Notes: a model not told the origin generated them from the sequence alone. Counted from the first letter of the stretch, positions 1 to 12,504 are shown. The stretch: DNA of 47,221 nucleotides from Ministeria vibrans ATCC 50519 (GCA_943704425.1 CALSCP010000597.1:1-47221); one strand, 5' to 3'. A program made the numbers and translations.

Positions 1-108
<108 letters not shown>

Positions 109-485
109 TCTATTCAGAATTGTTACTCACTCAATTCAAATTGTGTTAATCTTTTACTCTTCAGTGTAATTTGTACTCTATTTTCATCTCCTTGAGTAAA
201 CTTTTTCTTTTATTGTTATTATTATTATTATTTCTGTTATTATTGTTAGTTTGTGTCTGTCACAACCGACAGAACGCCTTATTGTAAAACGCACTGAAAT
301 AATGAAGTTAAACGTTTTTATCATGGTACAACAGTACAACTGTACATCGTCGAAAATCAATCAAACTGCTGGCGCAAGATCATCTCCGCCTCACTCTTCC
401 ACGTCCCAATCGACGACTGGCCTCGAGAGCGCTTCTCCTACACAGACACAAGAGAAGACATTCTTGAAGAGTAAGAAACCCTGCA

Positions 486-893
486 TCACTGGGATTGACG
501 CCTGACCTGTTCGCGCTCGCGACGGACGGCGGACGTAGGACGCACAGCGCTGATGATGGAGCGGTCCGGCTTGTCGCTGGTTGCGCCCCGTCCTTCGCTT
601 TCGCGCAGTAATCGTTTCTCTTCCTCTACGTACGACGTTGCTCTCGAAGTCTGGGGGAAAGGGTCTCGCATCGTAAGTCAACAAACACAAGTGCATTTTT
701 TACGCACCTGCTCCAATGCGCGCTTCCTCTTCTCACGCTGCTGAAACGTCATTATCTCACGCTGCTGCCGTGCCGTCACGTCCTCTGCGGCATTCACCGG
801 CGCACGAACTGTGCTGGGTGGTCCTGACGACGACGAGGACGGCAACCCCGTCGCAGGCTGTGGAGGCGCTTCCGTCGTTCCCTTCGACACCGT

Positions 894-926
<33 letters not shown>

Positions 927-1274
927 CTCTGTTGTTGCCAGTGTGAGCTCGTCTGCAAGGGCATGAAAGTCGACTTTGCTGCTGGGGCCGCTCGCGCTGT
1001 GTGCTGCGGCTGCAAGGAAGCTCGGTCGGGCGACTTTGGCAAAGGAGGGCGGCGGCAGCACCCGCTGACGCTTCACTGCCTCGCTCTTGAGCCGCTTTTG
1101 CTCCCTCTCCGCCGCCGCCTTGCTGCATTTGGCATCTTCGCGTGCCTTGGCGTCGTCTTCGTCTGAATCTGAGTCACAGGCAGCCGAAAAAAACGAGAAA
1201 CGTTGTTGTTGCTCGCGATCCGACGATCCAGCGACACTCTCGTCATCGCTGTCGTATGCTACCAGCCCAGACAT
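486..1274 (-). CDS. Small conserved low-complexity protein, probably C1orf52/UPF0690-like; 2 exons (1274-708, 650-486)
   Basis: Starts MSGLVAYDSDDE. LPPPSFAKVARPSFL resembles the C1orf52 core as I recall it. A GT-AG intron at 707-651 joins FQQREKRKRALEQ to TSRATSYVEEEKRLLRE in frame. Confidence 0.55.
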
Positions 1275-1381
1275 GTACAAGAAATGTCAATATAAATTAA
1301 TAAAAACTAATAAAAAAAGTGATTTTTTATGTCTTATTCGTGTGATGAGAATAAGTTCATTTCGAGTTCATTGGCATTTCT

Positions 1382-4300
1382 TCACTCAATGAGCTTCTGG
1401 TGTCGCGCAAGCCAGTAGGGCATGAGCCAGGTGCCCGGATCAAACTCACGAGTGCCTCCGCTTAGGACACTTCCAGTGTCGAGCTGGAATGGATTTGCGT
1501 TCCAGCGATGAACAGTGCGTTCGTCTTGCTTGATCTGCAACAAAAATAATGTCACTTCCCTTTCAAGTGTAAAATTGATGGTGTGTGCGTACGGCATAGA
1601 GAGACTGTCGCTTGCCATTGTGGAGTGCCTCGGCGTTAATTTGAACGTCCAGTCGGTGATCTGCACAAAAAATGAGAGAAGGCAGTGAGGTAGGTACACA
1701 CTTATGATACTCACTCACTCACTCACTCACCTGAGGGCATGAGAAAATCAACAAGCTCCAGCGGAGCATTGCGCAAGTCGGCAAGGGCGTCCGCCATGAG
1801 ACAATCGCGGTCGGCAGCGCCAAAGGCCAAGCAGGCAATGACGTTCCACAGTGAGCTTTGCTGGTGGCGGTTGACGGCAAACTGCTGGCGCAGAGAGTGC
1901 TCAAAGGTGCTGCGGTGCCACTGACTGCCATTGGCACTCGCAAAGTATATCACAAAGCACATGTACGCAAGCTCATCGTCGCTGAAGTTGTCGTCATTCT
2001 GTTGCACACACGTCAATGATAATGATCACAGGGAGTGTGTGTGTGAAAGAGAGCGAAAGAGACCACACGCAAGAGAGAGCGACAAACAAAGGACATAATC
2101 ATGTGAATAGATAGATGCTTACTGCTGTGTTGATTTTCTGATTCAGTGCATTCGTTCCGTACTCGTTCTGGTCCCACAAAAAGTCAAATGCGACTTTGAA
2201 CTGTGTATTGCCCGTCAAACGATGGCCCATTGCCAAAAATGACAGAATTTCCAATGAATTGAGCCCCCTTTCGTCTAAGAGAGAAAAAGAGAAAAATAAA
2301 GAGAGAAAGAAAGAAACAACGTAATAGGAAAGAAAAAAATTCGAAACAAAGTGATAGAGAGAGAGAGAGAAGAGATCCGGAAGTGAGTGCAAGTGAGAGG
2401 TCTCTCGTTGCTTGATGTAAGTCACCATAGTAAAAGGGGTCTGCGTTGAGCTTCTCTGGTGCCCAAATGCCCCAGCGCGTGGGGCGCCCTGTCACGTCAA
2501 TCAGATAGAATCCTAACGCAAACAATGCAATGGTCGCGCACACTTAGCTTTTTCTCTCTTTGTTTCTTTCTTTCATTCTCTCCATCACTTTGTTTCTCTC
2601 TTCCTCTCCTCTTTTCTTTAATTTTCTTTCTCTCTTACCGTTTGCAATAATGTACGTCAGAGTGTCATTGACCAACTTCAAAGGACTACACACAACAACA
2701 GTCATTTCGAGGTCTTCCCCTCGGTACAGACCAGACGTTACCGACTGCGTTCGGTGTCGTTGCGACAGACAAGATCATGAAAGAGCGGATAGGCCATCAT
2801 GTGGCCGGCAAGCGAGTCACTCGACGTGTCTCCCTGCCACTGCAGCGCAGGTAGTGTCGTGCTGTTGTGCCACCACGACCCGTATTGCTAAAATAAAACT
2901 CTCTTAGTCACCGTTCACTCACACACACGTCTACATTTATAAACGTACAATAATGTAGTTACATATAATTATATTTATATACATAATTATATACCTTTTC
3001 GGAAGCTGGGGCAAAAGTGCGTGCAGTGAGGCCAGGAATGCCCGTCACGGTGTACAAACGCTCCATGCCCTCGAAGAAGGCCCATGCGTTGGTGCGTGCG
3101 TCCTCGGCGCCTGTGCTGGCGTACCGCAGGCTTTCGGCTGCCAGACAAAAGCCCGTCCACAGTCCGTCGCTCTCGTCGACGTTCCCCGTCCACGACGATG
3201 GATCTCCATACCGCTTGAGCGCGGCATACGAACACAGACCCATGCGGTTGTGCCGGGGCAGCATGGCGTTGTAGTGCGCTGCCTTGTCGGCCAGCGTCCA
3301 CTTGTGCACCCGCACCAGTGACACCCCACGCTCCGTTGCCACCCACGCCCCGTCCCCGCCACGTGTCGCTGCCACACTCGACACCCGCTCGCCTCCCATC
3401 CACCGCATTCCGTAGTGGTAGTGCCACTCTTTGGTCACCACACTGTACCGCGCCAGTCCCCGACGACTCCCCAAAAATACCCATTCCCCATGCGCACTCG
3501 CGTCAATTGCCGTAATGTTGTTTGACGGCAGGCCTCCGTGTAGTGATCCCGGATTTCCTGCAACCCCGCTAACACGACTGAACACGCGCGGTGTGTCCCG
3601 CTGCACACTCGCGCACACAGCATTCCCAATCCACAACGACTTTTCGCTGTCAAACACAAGAGCTGTAGCAGGCGCATCCAGCTGCGCTAGTACCCGCTCA
3701 AACCGCCACGACAACCGCACTGGATCGTAGCGCCACAACACTGCAGCCGTGCCAGCCGCAATGGATCCGTCAAAAGGCGAACACGCAACTGCGTGCACCG
3801 GCAGCGAAATGTTGTGCTGTACCAGTCGCATGTGCGGCGCTGCCGACGTAAGCGCCACATTGAACAGTCCCCGCGTGGCACCCACCCACACTTGCGCTGT
3901 CGCTGTCGATATGCACGCGTCGTGGACGTGCTCCAGCTCGAGAGGGTCGTAACCTACAGCGCAACAAGTCAGAGCCAAACAACAAAAACGGACGTGGACG
4001 ATTGTTGTGCGTACGAAGAGACGAACACGAGCAAACTCCGGCAGTGCTGGTGCACGCAAGCTGTGTGATTCCCGTGCTGTTCGCCATGACCAGCAGTGCG
4101 CTGGCCGTGGCGAGGCGAGTGGACGCATCCGCCTCCAATTCCACAATCCGTCGCGTCGTGTTGGTCGCTTCGTCTCGGAAGACCACACCAGAAGACGCCG
4201 TCACGAAAAACACTCCAAAGCTCGCTCCGCACTGCCCTGTGACCACCTGGTGCACTTGTTTCATTGGAAGGCGCGGCCACTGCGCGCGGGAGTGAGTGAG

Positions 4301-4449
4301 CGAAGTGGGAATGATCAACTCACCTGTGCCGGCATGCCAGAATCTCCGTCATACGCGAACCGTTCGACAGCAACCTGTGAATAGGGTGCATCTTTAACCG
4401 CACTGCCGAGAGCCGCGACGCCACAGATGAGGAGAAGTACGCGGATCAT
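1382..4449 (-). CDS. Secreted protein with beta-propeller-like N-half and helical (alpha/alpha-barrel-like) C-half; about 10 exons; resembles bacterial hypothetical proteins
   Basis: Signal peptide MIRVLLLICGVAALGSA. Propeller-type repeats (LWIGN, GLPSNNITAI, WVATERGVS). Motifs DGLWTG, TGIPGLTART, WQGDTSSD, LIDVTGRPTRWG, ERGLNSLEIL, NFSDDELA and WLMPYWLAR lie in separate exons with GT-AG boundaries (e.g. introns 4323-4280, 4014-3954, 2994-2888). Confidence 0.75.
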
Positions 4450-4678
4450 TGAAAGTTAGTGATTTTTATTCAATTCTCAATTCTCAAGCAGCCACACTGT
4501 GCGTGCTGAGTCTTATCATTGGTGAGAAATTACTGAGAATTCGTAATTTTGGTGGATGTTGTCGCCTGGTGGTAGATAGCTCGTAGCTGGCTAGGACGAG
4601 TGTCATTTATGTTCTCCAATTCTTTGGTTTAATTTATTGTATTATTAATTTTATTTTCACTGTCTATCGATCTTGCCC

Positions 4679-6106
4679 ATGCGAGCCGTGATTCTGGGCC
4701 TGCTGCTTGCGATCACACTTTCGGGTGCCTGTCGGCTACGAGAGCTTGAGGGCCGATTGGCTTCGTCGTGTTTTGACGCACGGCATTTTTGCGTTGTGTT
4801 ACCAGCCGCCGAATGTCCAAGTGTACTGCGGAGCGACATAGGCTCCACCGGCACCTACTCGACTCTGTACTGGCTCAACACGACTCGCTATCCACATTTT
4901 ACCGAGTATTTTGCGGACTTGGCAGTCGCAACGCCTCCTCTGGCCCTCTCACGGTCGCTGTCGCAACTCTTCGCTGAACGTCTCTTCGCCGCAGTCGACT
5001 CGGCGCCACTGTCCTTTCCGCTGATTGCGCTTCACCCCAAGTGGAAGGTGTTCTTTACGAGTGTCGTTGACGAGGACGGGGATCTCACACGAGTGCGTCG
5101 CTCCATTGCACGCGAATGTAAGATTCGCCAACAACACAGTCTTGATGCACCCACGCCTGCGTCGGTCTGGCACAGCCTCTGGCTTGCTGTGCGTCGCATG
5201 TACGTGCGTTATGTGTTTGAGCGCGACGACGCCGGCTCTCGCTTCTCTTCGCTTGACATGCTGGGCGATAAGGAGACACTGTACGCATACGCATTTCCAC
5301 CGGCGACCAACCGTGCGGCGCGTGGACAGCCTGGAAACCCTTTTTTTTCTCTTCCTTGGTCAAAAATGGACGCCAAGGCGTGGCTCTGGGCCTACTCTCG
5401 TCAAATATTCACGCGTCTTCTTGTGTTGACTGTACGCTATACGCGTGTCATGGTCGATCTCATGGGCGCTGCGCTGCTTGCGGTACTCGCCTACACTGCA
5501 CTCTTGATTGTCTGGTACACACGCCAGCGTGGCTTCTGCGCCGGCTTGCTCCTCTTCCTACTCTATCTGTATTGTGTGCTCTACGTTGTAGCGCTTGCTC
5601 TTATCTACGACGTGCTCAATTTCACGCTGATCCCGCACGCACTCAACAGCGACATGCGCCGGACAAGTAGCGGTGGCGGTGGACTGGCCGCCGCCGCGCG
5701 ACAAGAGAAGTCTTTGCTCGGTGAACTGTACGGTCTCATGACCTTTCTTGCGTTTATGTCGTACATTTTGTCGACCATGCATAAAGAGCGCACGCGACAA
5801 CGAAGGGTGCAAAAACGACGACGGGCCGAGGCAGAGGGCAACCTCGATACCGATGTTGATGAAAATAACAATGCCGACGATGATGGTGGACACAGCAGTC
5901 TTATGGCGAATCTGCGGTCGTTTGGGCAGAGCGGTGAGAGTGCAGTGGATCAGCTGTCGCAACTGGGTCGTCAAATGCAGGAATTGCAGAGTGAACGCGC
6001 GCTCGAGGCACTCAGGTGGGCCGAGGACGACGATGAAACGGATGTGAGCGAAGGTGGATATGACGATGAGAATGGTGAGAACAAGAACGAACCCGAAAGG
6101 AAATGA
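4679..6106 (+). CDS. Intronless orphan membrane protein (signal peptide, about 3 TM helices, acidic C-tail)
   Basis: 475-aa ORF starting MRAVILGLLLAITLSGA; hydrophobic stretches at about 5450-5770; divergent from the 4449 gene. Confidence 0.7.
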   Translation: MRAVILGLLLAITLSGACRLRELEGRLASSCFDARHFCVVLPAAECPSVLRSDIGSTGTYSTLYWLNTTRYPHFTEYFADLAVATPPLALSRSLSQLFAERLFAAVDSAPLSFPLIALHPKWKVFFTSVVDEDGDLTRVRRSIARECKIRQQHSLDAPTPASVWHSLWLAVRRMYVRYVFERDDAGSRFSSLDMLGDKETLYAYAFPPATNRAARGQPGNPFFSLPWSKMDAKAWLWAYSRQIFTRLLVLTVRYTRVMVDLMGAALLAVLAYTALLIVWYTRQRGFCAGLLLFLLYLYCVLYVVALALIYDVLNFTLIPHALNSDMRRTSSGGGGLAAAARQEKSLLGELYGLMTFLAFMSYILSTMHKERTRQRRVQKRRRAEAEGNLDTDVDENNNADDDGGHSSLMANLRSFGQSGESAVDQLSQLGRQMQELQSERALEALRWAEDDDETDVSEGGYDDENGENKNEPERK

Positions 6107-6462
6107 TGCAACCTGTAATTTTTTTGTTAAAAAATATCATCATCATGTAATTAATTAATTGGAACAACTTGAAAGCTGTCGTTGACGCAACTATAATCCT
6201 CTGTTGCATTTATTTACTGTGATGCTTGTCGGTGGCAGCTCCGCTGATTGCGTGTATCCAATGCTCAAAAAAAAAACGTGTATCCAATGGGAATCCAATG
6301 TTCATCCAATGCTGCCCGCTGCTCCCGTGCCGCACCAGGTTGGGGGGACTTCTCGCTTGTGTTTCTCGCCATTCAAATACGCGCCTCGTAGTTAGCGCAG
6401 CGTCACTTCGTTCGTTTCGAAGAACTCATCCTTTTCGCTCCTCATGACATTTCTGTCCCATC

Positions 6463-6520
6463 TTTTTTTTTTCTTGGAAGTCCTAGAGCAACAGCTTCAT
6501 TGTAAGACAAACTTCTCCCT
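6463..6520 (-). mobile_element. Truncated retroposon 3' end (family A, copy 1)
   Basis: On + strand a T-run precedes GGAAGTCCTAG..AGCTTCATTGTAAGACAA. Confidence 0.6.
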
Positions 6521-6571
6521 CCCAATGCATCACTTCAGTGCCTTTTCTCGCCACGCACACAGGCGGCATTA

Positions 6572-6771
6572 NNNNNNNNNNNNNNNNNNNNNNNNNNNNN
6601 NNNNNNNNNNNNNNNNNNNNNNNNNNNNNNNNNNNNNNNNNNNNNNNNNNNNNNNNNNNNNNNNNNNNNNNNNNNNNNNNNNNNNNNNNNNNNNNNNNNN
6701 NNNNNNNNNNNNNNNNNNNNNNNNNNNNNNNNNNNNNNNNNNNNNNNNNNNNNNNNNNNNNNNNNNNNNNN
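6572..6771. other. Assembly gap (200 N)
   Basis: Run of N. Confidence 1.
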
Positions 6772-7033
6772 TAATGTTATTTATTTCGCGTGATGAAAAT
6801 TTCTGAGACAATGTTTAATGCCAGACATTTCATACAGCGAATAATATTAATAAATGTGATTGACGAAGAATACTACATCGCGCGAAATGTTATATATTTT
6901 TACTTCGACAACAAGGCGATCGATCAATTATCACGGCAGAGACGATGACAATCGAAGAACGATAAAAAAAAAGAAGAGTGGTAGGGTGAAGGCGTAGTGT
7001 GGAATAGACCTAAACAAATCGGCACCGACGGCA

Positions 7034-7459
7034 ATGGCGGCCTTGCGGGCAGAGATGGCAGTTCACACGGGGCACATCACATTTGAGCACGTCAAAGCTC
7101 ATGTAGGAAAGGCAGGCGAACAGATGCAAGAGACTGGACGGTGAGGATGAATGAATCCTGTGCTGATCTTAAGAGCCTTGGAGCGGGTAGTAGGGAAAAT
7201 TGAAAGTTTTCGCATGAACGAGACGGACAGAGACGAACTGGTGAGGGCAATCAGTGCGCATTCGGCAGTGAAACATGACCACCGGCTACTGGGATGGATG
7301 GGAGTCAAACAGCTGTGCCCGAGGAGTTTGCGAAAGACTCTGAAGAAGACGACAAAGGAGGTAGTGAAGGATACTCAAGAGTGGTACCAGAACCATGTCA
7401 AAAACAATGGGAAGGCGGGCAATGATGCACCGACCAGCGACAACAACAGAGAGAGTTAG
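7034..7459 (+). pseudogene. Degenerate RNase H-like fragment, probably from a retroelement
   Basis: ITFEHVKAHVGKAGE resembles the C-terminal RNase HI motif (HVKAH.G..GNE.AD), but the NE..D part is disrupted and a stop follows. It lies inside the repeat island. Confidence 0.45.
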
Positions 7460-7482
7460 GATGTGTTCAGGGTGTGTGTAAA

Positions 7483-7618
<136 letters not shown>

Positions 7619-7669
7619 TACCACTATGCGTCACGGCACTTCACGACGCCCCTCCACGTGGTTTCCATA

Positions 7670-7760
7670 TTTATTTATTTTGAAAACCTAGGATGAAAGC
7701 TTCATTGTAAAAGACAATCTAGCCCTCCGAAGCGGCTGCTCCATCCCCGCATGGGCCGAA
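7670..7760 (-). mobile_element. Retroposon 3' end (family A, copy 2)
   Basis: T-rich run followed by GAAAACCTAGGATGAAAGCTTCATTGTAAAAGACAATCTAGCCCTCCGAAGCGGCTG..CCATCCCCGCATGGGCCGAA, near-identical to the copy at 9892. Confidence 0.7.
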
Positions 7761-8012
7761 GGAACTGGTTTCCATATGAGGAGTGATGTTTGTGTTTTTT
7801 TTTCCAAAGAGTGTTTACACACTTGTAGAACGAATGTAGAACTCTTGCTGAACAACCCGAGTGCGGATTGTACAGGGAGAGGGATGGGTGCCTTGGTTCT
7901 TCTCAGTCAGCAAGGCTGCTAGCGATAGGCAGTGCTGTAATCACGACTGAGAGTCGTATGTTGGCTTGTATATGAAAGTCACCTGAAAGTTTAATTAAAA
8001 CGAAAGTTTAAT

Positions 8013-8088
8013 TTTTTTTGGAAGTCCTAGGGCAAAAGCTTCATTGTACAAGACAATCTAGCCATCCGAAGCGGCTGCTTCACCCCCG
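8013..8088 (-). mobile_element. 5'-truncated retroposon (family A, copy 3) with 15-bp TSD
   Basis: Flanked by exact AAACGAAAGTTTAAT at 7998-8012 and 8089-8103; poly(T) on + is a poly(A) tail on -. Confidence 0.85.
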
Positions 8089-8641
8089 AAACGAAAGTTT
8101 AATAAAAGATCGTCGATTTTTCTCACATCAGACCTTGAGTAGGTCGAGACTCACTCGAGCACTGTAGGTAGGTGGATTTTTTTTGTCAGAAGAGGCACGA
8201 GCGAAAACCTTTTTTTGAAGTACGTTGCTCTAGGAGAATACGACACACAGCTACATTATAGACTGCTTCAGACGCGAGAGAGCCAATTAAAGGCCGCTCA
8301 AGCAAATTCAAATATTATCGATCAACGGCTGCTTCACGGCTGCGGCTCTTATCCTCTTCGTGATCATCGACGTCTCTCCCATCAGGCCTCGAGTACGTGG
8401 AACACCACAGGCTTGTGGAAAAATCAGGTGTGACAAAAAAGTGTCTTCATTGTTCGTGTGCACTTACTTTAATGTCTGTCATGAATAATTGTAATGATAA
8501 TCGTCGATATGATCAATTTTCTTGCATAAATTGAAGAGTAAGTGAGTTACTGTGTTGCAGGGGTTGTGTGCGCGGGTAGTGGAGTGCTTGGGGGAAGTGT
8601 CTTAGAAGTGTTTTGTCCGTGTTTTGTGCGGTTTTGCGTGC

Positions 8642-8956
8642 GAAATATTTTGTTTCAGCGCATGCCATCGTCTGACGTGTTAGTGTTACGGTGAATTGGT
8701 GCTGGACCATCACGGTTGTGTAAATCGCGTGGTGTAGGGGCGCGGGGATTATGCGTGCTGGGCATTTTCGGTTATTATTTTATTTATTTGTTCGTGTATT
8801 TTTTTATGCTCGGTTTGAAATATTTTGTTTCAGCGCCTGCCATCGTCTGCCGTATTGATGTTATGATGCATTGGTGTTGAACTATTACGGTTGTGCAAAT
8901 GGCGTGATATCGGGGGGCGGGTATTATGCGTGCTGGGCTTTTTCGGTTATTTTTTA
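8642..8956. repeat. Diverged tandem duplication, period about 175 bp
   Basis: GAAATATTTTGTTTCAGCGC..TGCCATCGTCTG...ATTATGCGTGCTGGGC.TTTTCGGTTATT starts at 8642 and again at 8817. Confidence 0.85.
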
Positions 8957-9326
8957 TATATAATAATTATATATATATAAATATTTTTTTGTGTAAATTT
9001 TTTACTGAGCTCGGTTGTTAGTTTCTCTCGGCACATTAGAGGCACATGCCACCCCCTGCCATGTCGCTGTGGGGGTATGTGGGCGGTGTGAAATTGGGGG
9101 GGGGGTTTTTTTGGAAGTCCCTAGGGTGAAAATTGGTTTGGAATGTTTGTGTAAGCGTTTGGTGTTGGGGTGCGAGAATCATACCTCATGCTCTAGCTAG
9201 GGTTAGGAGTTCGTTAGGAGTTCTCGTGCAGCCTTCTGACTTCCCTTGGGGGAGGAATCTTACGAAACTCCTACCTTGTACTTTTAAATTGTCTCATTTG
9301 AAATAATTTCTCTTTCGTTTGCCGTA

Positions 9327-9710
9327 GTGCGCGCTGTTATTCTCTCTCTCCTTCTACTGATGACTGTCGCGCGCGCCGATGACTGGCGCTTTATTTTCTC
9401 TGTCACGCCTGTGTGCAACTGCCATGGTGGCCTGCCGTCTACTTGGATTCTTCTGGGGGGTTGCGTGAACTCAACAGGCGTCAGCCAAAATGGGCACCAG
9501 TTTCAATCTGTTTCATCGAACCTTCACTTGCAGGGGGCGGGTGCGGCGACGTTCTTCAGCGAACCAAGTTGCAAGGAAGGATCTGCGATTGATGGTCTTT
9601 CCATTCCCGACAACAGCAAGAAGGGTTTCAAAGTGACTCTTTCAGCTGGATACAGCTTTGACTACGCATGCTACTGCAAAGGCCAACAAGAGAACGTTTG
9701 TCAATGTTGA
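9327..9710 (+). CDS. Small secreted cysteine-rich orphan protein (about 127 aa); start uncertain
   Basis: Signal-peptide-like RAVILSLLLLMTVARA and 8 Cys in the mature part. No in-frame ATG precedes the signal peptide, but a splice-acceptor-like sequence does. Confidence 0.6.
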   Translation: MRAVILSLLLLMTVARADDWRFIFSVTPVCNCHGGLPSTWILLGGCVNSTGVSQNGHQFQSVSSNLHLQGAGAATFFSEPSCKEGSAIDGLSIPDNSKKGFKVTLSAGYSFDYACYCKGQQENVCQC

Positions 9711-9877
9711 GTCACCTGAAGTACAAACATTAATGTTACTTCGCAAAGTAGTTGATTTCGTTTACCCCAGGGGTAAATTCGCAGTTGGTCACTATATCTG
9801 ACCAATAGTGAGCTACCGGCAACACTGATGGGCATACGGCGAAGATGTCTAACTGACCCTGATTGCAGACATAATAC

Positions 9878-10131
9878 TTTTGTTTTGTTTTGGAAAACCT
9901 AGCTAGGGGATGAAAGCTTCATTGTGCAAGACAATCTAGCCCTCCGAAGCGGCTGTTCCATCCCCGCATGGGCCGAACGGTAATCAGATCGAGACTTGCA
10001 TGCGCTCACAAAGGTGCACCCAGGCAAGCACACCTCCGAGCCCAGGCTAATGCAAAGCTGCGAACGCCTCCTGGTGCAGTTTATAGAGATTCCCTCCTGG
10101 GGCCTAGGTGAAGCCTATAGATAAAAAAAAA
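9878..10131 (-). mobile_element. Longest retroposon copy (family A), about 250 bp, with TSD
   Basis: Flanked by TGCAGACATAATAC (9864-9877) and TGCAGACTTAATAC (10132-10145), 13/14 match. Confidence 0.75.
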
Positions 10132-10151
10132 TGCAGACTTAATACAGAGGT

Positions 10152-10227
10152 GTTTTTTTGGTGGAAGTCCTTCTAGCTAGGGGAAAAAGTTTCATTGTAC
10201 AAGACAATCTGATTACCTTAGCGGCTG
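10152..10227 (-). mobile_element. Retroposon 3' end (family A) with possible 7-bp TSD
   Basis: T-run then GGAAGTCC..CTAG..TTCATTGTACAAGACAATCT; CAGAGGT at 10145-10151 and 10228-10234. Confidence 0.65.
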
Positions 10228-10866
10228 CAGAGGTTGAATTCTAAACGTTTACGACTGTCCTTTACATTTCCCCTCCAGAGTATACCATAACTGTCCTTTC
10301 ACTCCTTTAGTCTTTACTTCTGACCCACACTTACTGGTGTTTTGGTTTTTCATAGTAGTACTACGAGTACAACCCATTTTCTTTTTTGCGCTGGGGGGGG
10401 GGGGGGGACTTACAAAAACAAAAAAAACAAGTACCTCTGACCCGCCACTGTCCGCTCCATGCGACATATAGTCTATAGAGGTTTAGTTGAGTTTCAAGAC
10501 GATCTGAGTGTGTTTTCGCATGATAACTGTATCATTAAGAAATGGTGTGTTCTTCTCAACAGTTAGACGTGAATGAATAGATTCTGAATAGACTCAAAGA
10601 AGAGAAGAAAGAACAAAAAACGAGAAATACAAACACACAATGCTTCTGCCGTACACGATTATTTCGTGGCCATAGACTCAAGCGTGACTTGATTCTTTGG
10701 ACTTACTTTGGGTGATTGGAATTTTAGAATATTGTTCATTTTCCTCACTCATCAATCTTACTCAGTTAGTAGTGTACATAGTTCTACTTAGAACTTACTG
10801 ACCTTAGACTTAGTGAACTTACTCACCTTTTTTTTAATACATCAGATCAAGATACATCACGGGACC

Positions 10867-12424
10867 ATGAGCAGCGCCAAGAAAATGGTCGTCGTCGTCG
10901 ACAGTGGACCGCTCATCCGCGGAATTGACCTGGAGCGGTTCGCTCGCGAAGCCTTCACGGTGCCACAGGTGTTTGCCGAGCTCAAGGACCCAGAGACGCG
11001 CCGACGCATGGCCGCTCTTGTCGTACCCATCGTCACGCGCGAACCCTCCGCGCACGCCCTCAGTGCCGGTATGTTTCGCTCCACGCGAGAAATCAGCAGA
11101 CGGCTTTCTCTCCTCTGACCCACTCCTCTCCTCTCCGCTCCTCTCCGCTCTCGCTCGCTCGCCGCCGTCGCCGACCGATCTTCTCACTGCCTGCTGCGTG
11201 CGTACAGTCACGTCCTTTTCCACCAAGACAGGCGATTACTCGAGTTTGTCGCGCACAGATCTTCATGTTCTCGCTCTCGCTTATCAAATCGAGCGTGAAC
11301 GCAACGGCGACGCCAACCTGCGTTCGGAGCCGCCAACAGTAAGGGAATCCAAGTGTCGCAAGCACCAAAACGAACATGGTCTTTTTTTTTTCTTCTTCTG
11401 CACAGTTGTCTGACAGACAGCGCATTCTGGCGGAGGAAGAAGAACGCCGCTGGCAGCGACAGCAGAAGCAGCAAGAGGCACTGCGCAGCAGCAGCAGCAT
11501 TGGAGTGTTTGCCGAGGGCCATCAAACACGGCCGTTCGACAGCAATGCCTTTCTCATGAGCAGCAGTCGCGACGAGTACAACGCTGCGGTGGGCGTGAGC
11601 GAGTCCGACGTCAACGGCTGCAACGACGACGATGCAGTAAGTGTTGTTTCGTCGTCGGTGGGCTCATCGACAAACTCACGACCCTTTGACGACACCATTG
11701 GGTGGATTACACCGGAAAACATTGGGAGTGTGAGCAAGGGCGATGGGCGAACGTGGTGCGACGACGCAGACGAGGACGAAGAGGGGGAGGGCACAGGCGA
11801 GGGCGGTGCAAGTTCGGACGCAGTGTGCTGCATGACGACCGACTTTGCCATGCAGAATGTACTCATGCAAATGGGCCTCAAGGTGGTCTCAAGCGACGGA
11901 CTGCTCATTCGACGGGCAAAGACATACATCCGAAAGTGTCATGCATGTGCCAAGTACGCACGCAAGCTTTCCAGACGAGGCGCACTGACTCCTGTTTGTT
12001 CTTCTCTTATAGACGCTGTGTGGACCCTACGCGGGAGTTCTGTCCGTCGTGCGGCAATGCGGCACTGCTGCGTGTCGCCGTCTCCATCACCTCCACCGGC
12101 ATTATCGAACACCTCAAGCACAACATGCAATTTCGGGTGCGCGGCACAAAGGTACCGACCGGCTGGACACACCCACGCACACCCACGCACACACACACAC
12201 TCACAACCTTTTTTTTTTTTTTTTTTTTTGCAGTTTTCCATTCCTGAGCCCAAGAGCGGTCGACACAGTCGCAATCTGATTCTGCGCGAAGACCAACGCG
12301 AGCGCGTCATTGCGCAGAACAACATCCGTCATTCGCGACGCAAGGAAGAGAATGTCTTCCACCCGGACTATGTTGTGGGCAAGTCGCCCTTCTCTGTACG
12401 AATCACGCTGCATTAGTGTGTGTA

Positions 12425-12455
<31 letters not shown>

Positions 12456-12504
12456 GAGTGTATGTATGAATGTGTGTATGTGTGTGTCTGTATGTGTCTG
12501 TATG

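Noticed and set aside
9761-9777. Perfect 8-bp inverted repeat TTTACCCC-A-GGGGTAAA
   Set aside because: Short and single; compatible with chance.
10241-10487. Possible MITE with imperfect terminal inverted repeats (CTAAACGTTTACGACT / AGTCTATAGAGGTTTAG)
   Set aside because: The match is too weak, with no TSD or second copy.
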